This document shows, one piece after another, positions 1 to 10,286 of a stretch of 64,000 nt of DNA; the first letter of the stretch is position 1, and each line of letters opens with the position of its first letter. Source of the DNA: Candidatus Binatia bacterium (lineage in GTDB: Bacteria; Desulfobacterota; Binatia; Bin18); the NCBI GenBank assembly GCA_963664395.2, contig OY761159.2:1760001-1824000 (forward strand), in the 5' to 3' direction. A program made the translations under genes and the position numbers. The notes under the pieces are model-generated. The model ran no database searches. It saw only the letters and a program-made list of their open reading frames with translations, and was not told the DNA's origin.

Positions 1-3000
1 ATCGTCAGGCTCGTCCCGTTCAGCGTGAAGTCCGCCGCCACTGCCGGAGGAACCGCTGCGGCCGTCACATCCACCGTCGTCACCTCGCTGGACGGATGAT
101 TGAGCACCGCCATCACTGTCGCGCGGTTATCCACGCCACTCTCAGTGATCGAATCCGCCGACAACTCCAGCGTCAGCGTCGGTGGATCGTCATTGTCCGT
201 GATCGTCACCGTCGTTCCAGTCACATCCAGCCGCTCCACTATAGATGGGCCGTCCCGCACCGTGGCGCTGCCATCCACCGTCACCGTCTCGGGTGGCTCA
301 TCCATGAGGTCGTTCACTGGCGTCAGGGTGAAGTCCGCCGTCCCGCGCTCCTGGCCTGCCGCAATCGTCAGATCGAAGGGTGACACCGCGTTGAAGTCGT
401 CCGGGCCTGCCGTGTCCGTCGTGACCGTCACCCGCACTACGGTTTCATACTGCTTGGGTGCCCCATTGAGCGTGCCCGTCACCCGCACGACCGTTCCGGT
501 ACTGCTCTCCGGTACGTCCCGGTTCACCGTCAGGATCACCGCCGTTGCATCGTCTTCCTTGTCTTCCACCGTCACGTCTACATCGTCCGCAGTCTCCCCT
601 TCGTAATCCCCGCCGCTTACCGTATGGGTGATGGTCGCCGTGTCATCAGCGGCGTCCGGGTCGTCATCGGCCGACACCCGCACCGCCTGCTCGTCGTCCC
701 AGGTGTTCGCCCTGAACGTCAGGCGCGACGACGCGACGCGCACGTCCGTATCCGAACTCGGCGTCTTCATAATCTCTACCGTCACCGGCGCCGTCGGCTC
801 GGATTTCAGTACCACCGTGTAGGTGAAAGTATCGGACGAGCCTTCGATCACGGTCAGTTCCGTTGGGCTCACCGTCACCCCACGGGTGTCGTCATCCCGG
901 ATCGTCAACTCCGCTGCTTTCACGGTCAGGCCACTCGGGCGGGTCGTCCCACTCACCATGACCGTCGCGTCAGCTGCGTCGATGTCGTTATCCACCGCCG
1001 TCAGTGTCACGGTGTTGCCCTCGCTCTCCGTCTTCTCCGCTGGAATGGTCAGGGTTCTGGGTGTACTCGGCGTATATTCCGACGCCGTTGCGACCGTCAC
1101 CACGATCTGCTGGCTCGATGCCCGGTCCAGCGTCGCCGTCACGGTGCTCACCCCGCCGTCCTCATCAATCTGAGTCTCCGACAGCACCAGCGTCACCTCC
1201 GGCGGATTATCGTTGTCCGTGACGGTCAGCTCCGCCGTTGCGGGCGCAATCGGTCCCAGGAGGTAGTCTTCCTCTTTTACCTCCCCCCTCACCGTCACCT
1301 GCTTATCCGGGGCATCGGTGGTGTTCTCCACTGCGGTCAGCGTCACCGTGCCCTCCTCCTCCCCCGCCGGGATGGTGAGCGTTGACGAGCTGAGCGTGAC
1401 GACCTCCTCCGGGTCCGCTGAGATTGTCACGGTCGTATTCGCGCTTGACGGACGGTCCAGCTTCACCGTGAGCGTGCTTACCTCGCCGTTCTCGCCGATC
1501 GATTCCGGCATCAATGCCAGCTCGAGCGTCGGAGCCGGATCGTCATCGGTGATCGATAGCGGGGCGTCGGCCGGGTCCCCGGCTATGCCCTGCGTATTGG
1601 TCGCCCTCCCGCTCACCGTTCCCTGCTTGTTCGGGGCGTCGGTGTCGTTGTTCACCGATGTCAGCGTGACGGCGGTCCCACGGCTCGCCGTCGCCCCCGC
1701 CGGGATCGTCAGCGTGGTGTTCGGACTCAGCGCGAAGTCGCCGGCTACCGCCGGAGGTACGGCCGCCGCCGATACCACCACCGTCGTCGCCTCACTCGAC
1801 GCATGGCTCAGCCGCGCCGTGACCGTGCTCACTTGCTTATTCTCGCTGATCTGCGGTGGCGTCAGTAGTAACTCCACGGCCGGTGCCGGATCGTCGTCCA
1901 CGATCTTCAGGTCTTGCGGGTCCGGGTTCGCCACCAGACGGTTGTTCGTCTTTCCACTCACCTGCACCGTCTTGTCGGGGGCGTCCACATTGTTGGGCTT
2001 AGCCGTCAGCGTCACCGTGCCGGTGCTGGCTGGCTCCCCCTTTTCAATCGTCAGCGTGCTCCCGCTCAGCATGACGTCGCTCGTCGGGGCTGAGACCGTC
2101 ACGGTCGTATTTTCGCTCGACACCCTGTCCAGACTCGCCGTGACCGTGCTGCTCTCCGTGCCGTCCTCGCTGATGGAGGTATCGGACAGGTGCAGCCTCA
2201 CCTTTGGGGCGGCCTGCACCGATGTGGTCGTCGCCTGACTCGCGCGCTTCCCGGACCCCTGGTCGTCGGTGTAGGTCGCGCTCGCCCGCAGATACTGCCC
2301 CAGGTCGGCCGCTCCCGGCGGATACCGCGGGGATGTCTCTCCGATGATGTCGGTCCAGGGACCGGTACTGTTGGCGGACCGTGCCCACTGCCAGGAGATG
2401 CCGCGCAGACCGCCGTCCGGGTCGCTTAACGCCGCCGTCAGTTGCTGCAGTTCCTGCGGCGGGGTTCCCATCAGGGTCACCATGCCCGCTTCCTCCACAT
2501 TGACGACATTGATCGTCACGGTGATAGTGTCGTCCGTCGCCATGTCGGCTTCGCCGTCGTCGTTCTTGCTGTCCCGAACCGACACGGTGACGCGGTAGCT
2601 TTTCTTGGGGGTCTCGTAGTCGTAGGTCACACCATCCTGTGTCCGCAACTGGCCGGTGGATGTGTTGATGGTGAAGGATGCGGCGTCGGTCCCGCCCAGA
2701 CTGTAGGTCCGGGGATCGCCGTCGTCGTCGTCGGCCTCCACTGGATCACCGATGTTTACACCGGCTCCTGTGTGCTCGTCCACGCTGCGGCTGCCCGTCT
2801 CGGTGGACGGGAACATCGCCGGATCGTTCACGTCGGTGAGGGTGATGGTCACGTCGATGCTGGTGTCGATGGTGGTGTCGCTCGTGTGGTCGGCGGCCTT
2901 CCCGTCATGGACCGATACGGTGACGCTGTAGGTGGCCTGGGTCTCGTAGTCGTAGGTCACCCTCGCCTTCGTCCGCAACTGGCCGGTGGACGTGTTGATG

Positions 3001-6000
3001 CTGAAGTCGGCAGCATTGTCGCCGCCCAGGCTGTAGGTCCGCGGGTCGTTGTCGGCGTCCGAGGCGACCACCGGCATGCCGATATCCCTTCCCGCCGGCG
3101 TGTTCTCGGGTACGCTGCGCGTGGCGCTGTTCCCCTCGTCGAACGTCGGCGGCTGGTTGGGCGCGGCAACCACCGCCCCCCACCGGCTGCGTACGGCTTC
3201 CCCGCCGGTGACCACCGCCGACACCTGGTACGTATCGGTGACGCCCGTGGTGGTGTGCTCGAGTCCGCTTATATTCTCTGCGACCGTCGAGACGGTCGAG
3301 CCGCTGTTGCGGTAGACGATGTAGGTCACGTCCGGCGCGTCCGGGTTCCAGGGGCTGGTATCGACGGCGGTCCAGCTCAGGTCCACCTGCGTCGCCGAGC
3401 CCGTCGCCGTCAGGGTCGGCCCGGCGCGGAGCTGGTAGCCGAATTTTTTCCAGTCCGTCCCCTGCCCGTCGCCGTTCACCTGGAGTGCCGGGTACTTCCC
3501 CGTGTCGAAGTGCCAGGGATCGTTGGCCTCGCCGTCGCCGTCCAGGTCCACGTTCCACTGTGCATAGATGCCGCTATACCCAGTCGGCGTCTGCAATTGC
3601 CCGGTGGTCCGACCCTGGCCGCCGGCGCTGCTCGTGCGCCGCGATGTTGTCGTGTCCCAGTAGCTGGTGGTGACGGTGCCGGTGAAACCGAACGACCGGG
3701 TGTTCCTCCCGACCAGCCCGCCCACATTTCTCACGCCCGCCACGGGTCCCGTGGCGTAGCTGGCGGTGATGGTTCTCCCGTTGCTGCCGACCAACCCGCC
3801 CACATTGTCATCGCCCGCGACCCAGCCCGTGGCGTAGCTGGCGGTGACAGCCGCGTCGTTCTCTCCGATCAGTCCGCCAACGTTGTTGCCGCCCGTCACC
3901 TCGACCGCGGCATAGCTGGCGACAACGAGGCTGCCCCAGGTCGCTCCGGCCAGCCCGCCCACATCCTCGCCCGTGCCGGTCACCGTGCCGGTCACATAGC
4001 TGCCGATGACTGAGCCGTTAGCGGTTCCGGCCAGCCCCCCGACGTTACTGCTGCCCGACACCATGACGTCGATCAGCCCGACATGGCGGATGACGCTCCC
4101 ATACGAGGTCCGCCCGAACAGCCCTACGTTTGAATCACGATCAATGAACAGATTGGCGATGGTATGCCCGTTGCCCTCGAAGATCGCCCGGAAACCGGCT
4201 CCGAACACAATGACTCCGGGAGTCGGGGCGGTCTTGATCGGCTCCCAGCCGGCGCCGCCGTTCCAGTACATGTCGCCCGCGCCGGCACTCCCGTCGCCGT
4301 TGGTGTCGAAGTCCAGGTTGTCGGCCAGCTCGTAGCCCACGCAGCCGGTCAGCCCGCCACATGCCTGCCGGTCGCCGACGGTCGAAAACGCCGCGGCATA
4401 CGCCGTTGCCCCGTCCGTCGTGGGCACGCCGTCCCCGTTCAGGTCGTGGCGCATGGCATCGAGTTGTTCCAGCTCCGTGATCTCGATCAGTCCGTCGTCG
4501 TCCGTGTCGTAGTCGGTCGCACTCGACGACTGCACCGTCACCGTGAGCGTCTGCGTCCCGCCCGCCATGGACCCGCCCGCGTCGGTGGCCGTCACCGTGA
4601 TCGTCGCCGTGCCCGCCGCCACCGGCGTGAGCGTCACCCGTGAGCCCGACACGCTCACCGTCACCACACCCGTCGCCGACGAGGCAGCCGTATAGGTCAG
4701 CGTATCGCCCTCCGGGTCCTCGAACGCCTTGCCGACCTCAACCCCCGCCGCATCGCCCGCGTGCAGCCACCGGTCCGACAGCGTCCCGACCGGCAGTGGG
4801 GGCGAGTTGCCGGATGTGGTCACCTCGACCACCGCGCTGCGCACCGGCTCGCCGCCGTCGACCACGGCTATCACCTGGTAGCTCAGGGTGGCGCCGGTCC
4901 GCGCCGCTGAATCGGTATACAGCAGGACCCCGAGGCCTTCCTCCAGGATCTCGACGGTGTCCCCGTCGGCGCGGGTGACCGTGTAGGTCACGTCCGGCGG
5001 CGGGGTCCAGGAGCCGACATCGACAGCGGTCCAGTCCAGGTCCACCTGCGCCTGCCCTGCCGTCACCGTCGGCGTCACCGTCGGCGTCATCAGGGTCGGG
5101 CCGCTCCGTAACTGATAGCCGAACTCCTGCCAGGTTGCCGCCCCTTGCCCATCGACGTTCGCCTTCAGGACCGGATACTGGCTCCCCGTACGGAAGTGCC
5201 AGGGATCGTTGTTCCTGCCGTCGTCGTCCAGGTCCACGTTCCAACTCCCGTAGATGCCGCCGTAGCCGGTGGGCGCCTTCAGTTGCGCCGTCGTCTTGCC
5301 AATCCCGAATGACCCGGATGTCTGTCCTGACGTGTTCGTATCCCAGTAGCTGGCGGTTATGATGGTGCTGTCGTCGCCGCTGTCGTATCCAACGAGGCCA
5401 CCGACACTACGCGACGGTCCCGACACTCGACCCGTAGCGTAGCTGGCTTTGATCTCCCCGAGGACGAACGGTGCGTTCCCCGAGATGCCGTTGGTGCCGA
5501 CCAGCCCGCCGACACTACTCCGTCCTGCGACGCTGCCCGTCGCATAGCTGCCGACGATGCTCGCGTGGCTACGAATCGCACCGACAAACCCGTCATTGAA
5601 GTTCCACCCGACCAGCCCGCCGACGTTCCTGTTACCCACGACACGCCCTGTCGCATAGCTGCCGCGGACCGCGCCGCCGTTGTACCCCACCAATCCGCCC
5701 GTTCCCCGATCCAAATCAGAGGTGCGCACGAAGTCCGGGGGCGCCATTCCCGTGACCGCTGCAGAGCTGCGGGACAGGGCGATGGTTCCCAGATTGCCCC
5801 CGACCAATCCACCCACCTGGACCTCGCCCGACACTTGGCCCGTCGACTGGACGCGGCTGACAACACCGTGGTTCTCCCCAGCCAGCCCGCCGACATGCTG
5901 CTTGCCGGTCACGTCTACGTCGGTCAGCCTGACGTCGCGCACGGCACCGCGCGAACGGATGGCACCGAACAACCCCGAGTGGTCGTCCCGCGCAACGAAT

Positions 6001-9000
6001 AGGTTGGCAATACTATGTCCGTTACCATCGAACGTGGCATTGAAGGCCCCCAACAAGATCCCGAAGATTCGTCCCCTGGGGAGGCCGATGGGCTCCCAAC
6101 CCTCGCCGGCGTTCCAGTAGGTATCGCCCGCGTCGGCGCTGCCGTCTCCGTCGGTGTCGAAGTCCAGATCCTTCGTCAGCTCGTAGCCCGAGCAGCCGTC
6201 GATGCCGCAGCCCAGCCGAGCAAAGGCGTCGGGGAACGCCGCCGCGTACGCCGCCGACCCGGCCGATACCGGGACGCCGTTCCCGTCCAGGTCATGGCGC
6301 ATGGCGTGGAGCTGCGCCAGATTACTGATGGCAATAAGCCCGTCCTCGTCGGCATCGTAGTTGTGGCCGACCGTCACTGTGAAGCGCTGCGACACGCTCG
6401 TATTCGATCCGCCGGCGTCGGTCGCCGTCACGGTGATGATTGTCCGGCCCGCGCTCGCCGGCGTGATGGTGAGCATCGAACTGGACCGGCTCAGCGTGAC
6501 GACGGAGGTCACGGACGAACTTGCCGCGTACGTCAGTGTGTCGGCGTCCGGATCATCGAAGGCCCCCGCAACGTCCACCACCACCGCCGTTGCCCCCACC
6601 AGCAGCTCCCGATCCGCCACAATCCCCACCGCGACCGGGGGCTGGTTCCCCGTGCCGGCGATCACCACCACCGGCGCACTGTGCGCTGCTTCCCCACCGT
6701 CCACTACCGCGGCCACCCAATAGGTGTAGTCGTCGTCGATCGTCACACCGGTGTCGGTATGGGTGAGCCCGGTCAGATTCTCCGCGATGGCTTCGATGGT
6801 GGTGCCATCGTCGCGATAGAGCGTGTAGCTCACGTCCGGGGGGTCCGGGTTCCAGGGGCTCGTCGATACGGCGTTCCAGCTCAGGACCACTTGGGCTTGG
6901 CTCTCCGTCGTGGTCGCCGTTAGCGTCAAGCCGTCGCGCACCTGGTAGCCGAACTCCTGCCACGTCGCTCGATTATCGTCATTCAGGTCCAGCGACAGGG
7001 CCGGATACTGCGTCGACGTTCCGAAATTCCATAGGTCCACATTCCACGCCGCGTAGATGCCGGTGTAGTCCGTCGGCGTTTGCAACTCCGCAGTGGTCTT
7101 CCCCCCGACGCCAAGCCGCTGCGATTCCGTACCGTCAATCACGCCGTTGTCGTTCTCATCGTCCTCGCCCACGCCGACGCGTACCCCGGAGGTCTCCAGG
7201 TCCCAGTAGCCGGCCCGGACCCGAACAGATTGTCCGCTCCCGACCAGTCCGCCGACCGCTACATCGCCGGAGACCGCGCCCGTGGCGTAGCTCGCCTCGA
7301 TCACGCCGCAGGAACTGCCGACCAACCCGCCGACCCCGCCGCCGCTGCTGGTGGGGGTTTCCACGGGGCCGAAGGTGGTGAAGAAGCCTAACCCATCACA
7401 AATGATGAACCCGGAATCCGACTCCGAGAGCCGCGCCCCTCCACCCGACACGTCCCCGGTGGCATAGCTCGCCAAAATGACCTGGTACCTATCGCTGACG
7501 GCGCCGACCAGCCCGCCGACCGCGTTCATGCCCTCTACATTCCCGGTGGCATAGCTGGAGTCGAGGTCGTTGAGGAGCTGGTGCCCGACCAACCCCCCGA
7601 CCGCATCAGCACCGGACACATTAACCGCGGCGTAGCTGTGCCTCACGCGCCCCCAGGTCCGACCCACGAGGCCGCCGACTTCATCCTGGCCCGACACGCG
7701 GCCCGTGGCAGAGCTGTCTATGACCGTCGCATAGACGCTGTGGCCCAGCAGGCTGCCGACTCTATCGCCGCCGGTCACGTCGACACCGACCAGGCCGATG
7801 CCATGCATCGAGCTCCGGTTGCTGGCCCCGAACAGCCCGACCCCGTCCTCGGTGTCCCGGTCGATGAACAGGTTGGCTATGGTATGGCCATCGCCCTCGA
7901 AGTCCGCGGTGAAGGGGTCGTCGGCCTCACCGATCGGCTCCCAGCCGGCCCCGGCATTCCAGTAGGTATCGCCCACCATGTCGGCGCGGCCGTCGCCGTT
8001 GGTGTCGAAGTCCAGATTCCCCGTCAGCTCGTAGCCCGTGCAGCCGTCGGCGGGACACCCCATCTCCGGCGCGCCCATGGGGAAGGCAGCGTAATACGGC
8101 ATCCACGTCGCGCCATCCACCAGACCGTCGCCGTTCAGGTCGTACCGCATGGCGTCGAGCTGCGCCAGGTTGCCGACATCGATCAGCCCGTCGTTATCGG
8201 CGTCGTAGTCCCTGTTCCCTGCTGTAACGGTGACCGAGAATAGCTCGACCGCGCTCAGGCCGTCGGGGTCGATCGCGCGCAACGTCACCACCGCACGGCC
8301 CGGTGAACCCGGCGTCAGCGTCACCATGGCATCGCTCCGTGTGACGGCCAGTCGGTCGGGGTCGCTCGACACCGCCTCGTAGGTCAGCGTGTCGGTGGCG
8401 TCCGGATCGCTAAAGACAGTCGCCAAATTGATGGGCGGCGCGGCGGCACCGGCGGCGAAGGTTCGGTCGGACTGGCTGCTCGTCACGGTCGGTGCCGCAT
8501 TGCGATCTGCCACCGCGACATCGACGGCATCCACGGCGGCCGGCGCCATCACGATGCCGTATCCGGAATCACGATCAACGCCGGTCGCCTCGATGTCCAG
8601 GGCCGCGCCCGTCATCGCCGTACGGAGTTGCGCCAGGGTGACCTGCTCCGGACCACCCGCCGCCTCCAGCATCAACGCCCCGATGGCCGCCGCGTGCGGC
8701 GCTGCGGCCGACGTGCCACAAAACGGAGAGAAGCCGGGCGTCGCCGTCGCCACGCATGTCGCCGCGGTGAGATCCGGCTTTTGCAGGAGCTTCCCGCCGG
8801 TCGCGGAGAAATTGCCGGACGTGATCGCCGTGCCGTCCGCCTCGAAGAAGATGCGGCGCGGCCCGTCCGAGTTGCTGCTACGCACGGATTCCGTGCCGTC
8901 GAACACACCGTCGGACCCGCCGGCAGTCGCTACATCGACCATCGCCACACTGATCGCGTTCTCCTGGGCCGAGTGTCCGTACAGGGTCCCAGCGGTCGCG

Positions 9001-10286
9001 ACCGCCAATGGTCCGCTATGGGCCTGCACGCGCAGGTAGCGGTTTGCGCCAGAGGCCTTGACGACGACCACACTGAGTCCGGAGTAGTCAAATATCGGAG
9101 AGGAGATGACCTCGATCGGATCTTGTGTGCCGTCCTGGGTGTCGGTTGAGCTGGCGAGCACGGCACCGTTCTCATTGACCAGGAACAGGTCGTAATCGTT
9201 GCTTGAGTCCTCCAGTGGGTCGGCCCACTGGAGGATGATCGCGCGCACCGAGCGGCCCTCCAGCTCGTTCGCCTCCACACCGCCCCCGAAGTCGTGTTTG
9301 GTGCCGACGGTCTGGCCATCCACGACCAGGGCGCTCCCCGCGGCGTAGTCGCCCTCCCAGACCCCGGACGTGCCGTGGGTCAGGTTGCCGTCGTTGCCGC
9401 CCGCCGAGAAGAAGACACAGCCGTCGGCGACCGCCGCGTTGACCCCTTGCGCGACGATGTCGTCCTGAAAAGCGGATTCCAGTAAATAGCCGATGTCGTC
9501 GACGATGACGTTCGCCCCGGCCTCACAGAGCGCCTCGATGTTCACCGCCATCCGGGCCTGGCCGCCGTTCCCCGTCGCAAAATACAGCTCGGCTCCCGGC
9601 GCGAGGTCGTGGACGATCTCCAACAGTGCCGTCCCCTCGTCCCCCGCGCCCGCCTGCCCCGGCAGCACCGTCACCTGCGCCGGCACGTCGCCCGACGCCT
9701 GCCGGGCGGCCAGTGTCCGGACCCCGTCCGAGATCACCCCGATCCCGATGCCCGTGCCGTCGACGCGATGGGTCGTACGCGCCACGGTCGCCCGGTGGGC
9801 GGCGTCGCCCTGGGTGGTGTTGTCCTTGCGGGTCACCGCCTCATCGGCGGGACGGATCGTCTGTACCGCGGCCAGCGCGGCCAGCCGCTCGATGGCGGTC
9901 ACCGGGAGTTGTGCCCGGATGGCCCGGTACTTGGGCACGCTGTTGATGACCGTGCCGCCCAAGGCCCGGATGCGGGCCAGCACTGCCGACGTCACGTCCG
10001 CCCGGATGTCGACCGTGACGATCTCGTCCTTGGCGTCGGCGTCCCGTGCCTGCCGCCGCGCGTCGCTGCCTGCCTCCTGGGCGCTTTCTGCCGCGTCCAG
10101 GAGTTGGGAACTCAGCTTCCGTTGGGCCGGTGTCCGCCGCGCCTTCTGGGCCAGCAGCGCCTGAATTGACCGCCCGACCGGCTCTGGGAGGTTGCCGCTC
10201 GACTGCGCCCGGACGGGCCCGGCCAGGAGCAGGAGCAGGAGCGCCACCACCGCCCCCAGCCACCGGCACCCCGCGTCAATACGCAT
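1..10286 (-). CDS. Giant secreted subtilase (S8/S53-like) / adhesin: signal peptide, propeptide, peptidase, 3x (Ig-like + GLUG-type beta-helix + FN3-like), 2 cadherin-like domains, Calx-beta-like repeats; 3' end lies outside the window
   Basis: Read manually from ATG at 10286: MRIDAGCRWLGAVVALLLLLLAGPVRAQ..., GIGIGVISDG, GDEGTALLEIVHDLAPGA, SAGGNDG, FCGTSAAAPHAAA. The frame is the same at position 3 (...AADFTLNGTSLT). No terminated minus-strand ORF in this frame appears in the track, consistent with one open frame. Not every codon was checked. Confidence 0.88.
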   Translation of the reverse strand, partial: MRIDAGCRWLGAVVALLLLLLAGPVRAQSSGNLPEPVGRSIQALLAQKARRTPAQRKLSSQLLDAAESAQEAGSDARRQARDADAKDEIVTVDIRADVTSAVLARIRALGGTVINSVPKYRAIRAQLPVTAIERLAALAAVQTIRPADEAVTRKDNTTQGDAAHRATVARTTHRVDGTGIGIGVISDGVRTLAARQASGDVPAQVTVLPGQAGAGDEGTALLEIVHDLAPGAELYFATGNGGQARMAVNIEALCEAGANVIVDDIGYLLESAFQDDIVAQGVNAAVADGCVFFSAGGNDGNLTHGTSGVWEGDYAAGSALVVDGQTVGTKHDFGGGVEANELEGRSVRAIILQWADPLEDSSNDYDLFLVNENGAVLASSTDTQDGTQDPIEVISSPIFDYSGLSVVVVKASGANRYLRVQAHSGPLAVATAGTLYGHSAQENAISVAMVDVATAGGSDGVFDGTESVRSSNSDGPRRIFFEADGTAITSGNFSATGGKLLQKPDLTAATCVATATPGFSPFCGTSAAAPHAAAIGALMLEAAGGPEQVTLAQLRTAMTGAALDIEATGVDRDSGYGIVMAPAAVDAVDVAVADRNAAPTVTSSQSDRTFAAGAAAPPINLATVFSDPDATDTLTYEAVSSDPDRLAVTRSDAMVTLTPGSPGRAVVTLRAIDPDGLSAVELFSVTVTAGNRDYDADNDGLIDVGNLAQLDAMRYDLNGDGLVDGATWMPYYAAFPMGAPEMGCPADGCTGYELTGNLDFDTNGDGRADMVGDTYWNAGAGWEPIGEADDPFTADFEGDGHTIANLFIDRDTEDGVGLFGASNRSSMHGIGLVGVDVTGGDRVGSLLGHSVYATVIDSSATGRVSGQDEVGGLVGRTWGRVRHSYAAVNVSGADAVGGLVGHQLLNDLDSSYATGNVEGMNAVGGLVGAVSDRYQVILASYATGDVSGGGARLSESDSGFIICDGLGFFTTFGPVETPTSSGGGVGGLVGSSCGVIEASYATGAVSGDVAVGGLVGSGQSVRVRAGYWDLETSGVRVGVGEDDENDNGVIDGTESQRLGVGGKTTAELQTPTDYTGIYAAWNVDLWNFGTSTQYPALSLDLNDDNRATWQEFGYQVRDGLTLTATTTESQAQVVLSWNAVSTSPWNPDPPDVSYTLYRDDGTTIEAIAENLTGLTHTDTGVTIDDDYTYWVAAVVDGGEAAHSAPVVVIAGTGNQPPVAVGIVADRELLVGATAVVVDVAGAFDDPDADTLTYAASSSVTSVVTLSRSSSMLTITPASAGRTIITVTATDAGGSNTSVSQRFTVTVGHNYDADEDGLIAISNLAQLHAMRHDLDGNGVPVSAGSAAYAAAFPDAFARLGCGIDGCSGYELTKDLDFDTDGDGSADAGDTYWNAGEGWEPIGLPRGRIFGILLGAFNATFDGNGHSIANLFVARDDHSGLFGAIRSRGAVRDVRLTDVDVTGKQHVGGLAGENHGVVSRVQSTGQVSGEVQVGGLVGGNLGTIALSRSSAAVTGMAPPDFVRTSDLDRGTGGLVGYNGGAVRGSYATGRVVGNRNVGGLVGWNFNDGFVGAIRSHASIVGSYATGSVAGRSSVGGLVGTNGISGNAPFVLGEIKASYATGRVSGPSRSVGGLVGYDSGDDSTIITASYWDTNTSGQTSGSFGIGKTTAQLKAPTGYGGIYGSWNVDLDDDGRNNDPWHFRTGSQYPVLKANVDGQGAATWQEFGYQLRSGPTLMTPTVTPTVTAGQAQVDLDWTAVDVGSWTPPPDVTYTVTRADGDTVEILEEGLGVLLYTDSAARTGATLSYQVIAVVDGGEPVRSAVVEVTTSGNSPPLPVGTLSDRWLHAGDAAGVEVGKAFEDPEGDTLTYTAASSATGVVTVSVSGSRVTLTPVAAGTATITVTATDAGGSMAGGTQTLTVTVQSSSATDYDTDDDGLIEITELEQLDAMRHDLNGDGVPTTDGATAYAAAFSTVGDRQACGGLTGCVGYELADNLDFDTNGDGSAGAGDMYWNGGAGWEPIKTAPTPGVIVFGAGFRAIFEGNGHTIANLFIDRDSNVGLFGRTSYGSVIRHVGLIDVMVSGSSNVGGLAGTANGSVIGSYVTGTVTGTGEDVGGLAGATWGSLVVASYAAVEVTGGNNVGGLIGENDAAVTASYATGWVAGDDNVGGLVGSNGRTITASYATGPVAGVRNVGGLVGRNTRSFGFTGTVTTSYWDTTTSRRTSSAGGQGRTTGQLQTPTGYSGIYAQWNVDLDGDGEANDPWHFDTGKYPALQVNGDGQGTDWKKFGYQLRAGPTLTATGSATQVDLSWTAVDTSPWNPDAPDVTYIVYRNSGSTVSTVAENISGLEHTTTGVTDTYQVSAVVTGGEAVRSRWGAVVAAPNQPPTFDEGNSATRSVPENTPAGRDIGMPVVASDADNDPRTYSLGGDNAADFSINTSTGQLRTKARVTYDYETQATYSVTVSVHDGKAADHTSDTTIDTSIDVTITLTDVNDPAMFPSTETGSRSVDEHTGAGVNIGDPVEADDDDGDPRTYSLGGTDAASFTINTSTGQLRTQDGVTYDYETPKKSYRVTVSVRDSKNDDGEADMATDDTITVTINVVNVEEAGMVTLMGTPPQELQQLTAALSDPDGGLRGISWQWARSANSTGPWTDIIGETSPRYPPGAADLGQYLRASATYTDDQGSGKRASQATTTSVQAAPKVRLHLSDTSISEDGTESSTVTASLDRVSSENTTVTVSAPTSDVMLSGSTLTIEKGEPASTGTVTLTAKPNNVDAPDKTVQVSGKTNNRLVANPDPQDLKIVDDDPAPAVELLLTPPQISENKQVSTVTARLSHASSEATTVVVSAAAVPPAVAGDFALSPNTTLTIPAGATASRGTAVTLTSVNNDTDAPNKQGTVSGRATNTQGIAGDPADAPLSITDDDPAPTLELALMPESIGENGEVSTLTVKLDRPSSANTTVTISADPEEVVTLSSSTLTIPAGEEEGTVTLTAVENTTDAPDKQVTVRGEVKEEDYLLGPIAPATAELTVTDNDNPPEVTLVLSETQIDEDGGVSTVTATLDRASSQQIVVTVATASEYTPSTPRTLTIPAEKTESEGNTVTLTAVDNDIDAADATVMVSGTTRPSGLTVKAAELTIRDDDTRGVTVSPTELTVIEGSSDTFTYTVVLKSEPTAPVTVEIMKTPSSDTDVRVASSRLTFRANTWDDEQAVRVSADDDPDAADDTATITHTVSGGDYEGETADDVDVTVEDKEDDATAVILTVNRDVPESSTGTVVRVTGTLNGAPKQYETVVRVTVTTDTAGPDDFNAVSPFDLTIAAGQERGTADFTLTPVNDLMDEPPETVTVDGSATVRDGPSIVERLDVTGTTVTITDNDDPPTLTLELSADSITESGVDNRATVMAVLNHPSSEVTTVDVTAAAVPPAVAADFTLNGTSLT

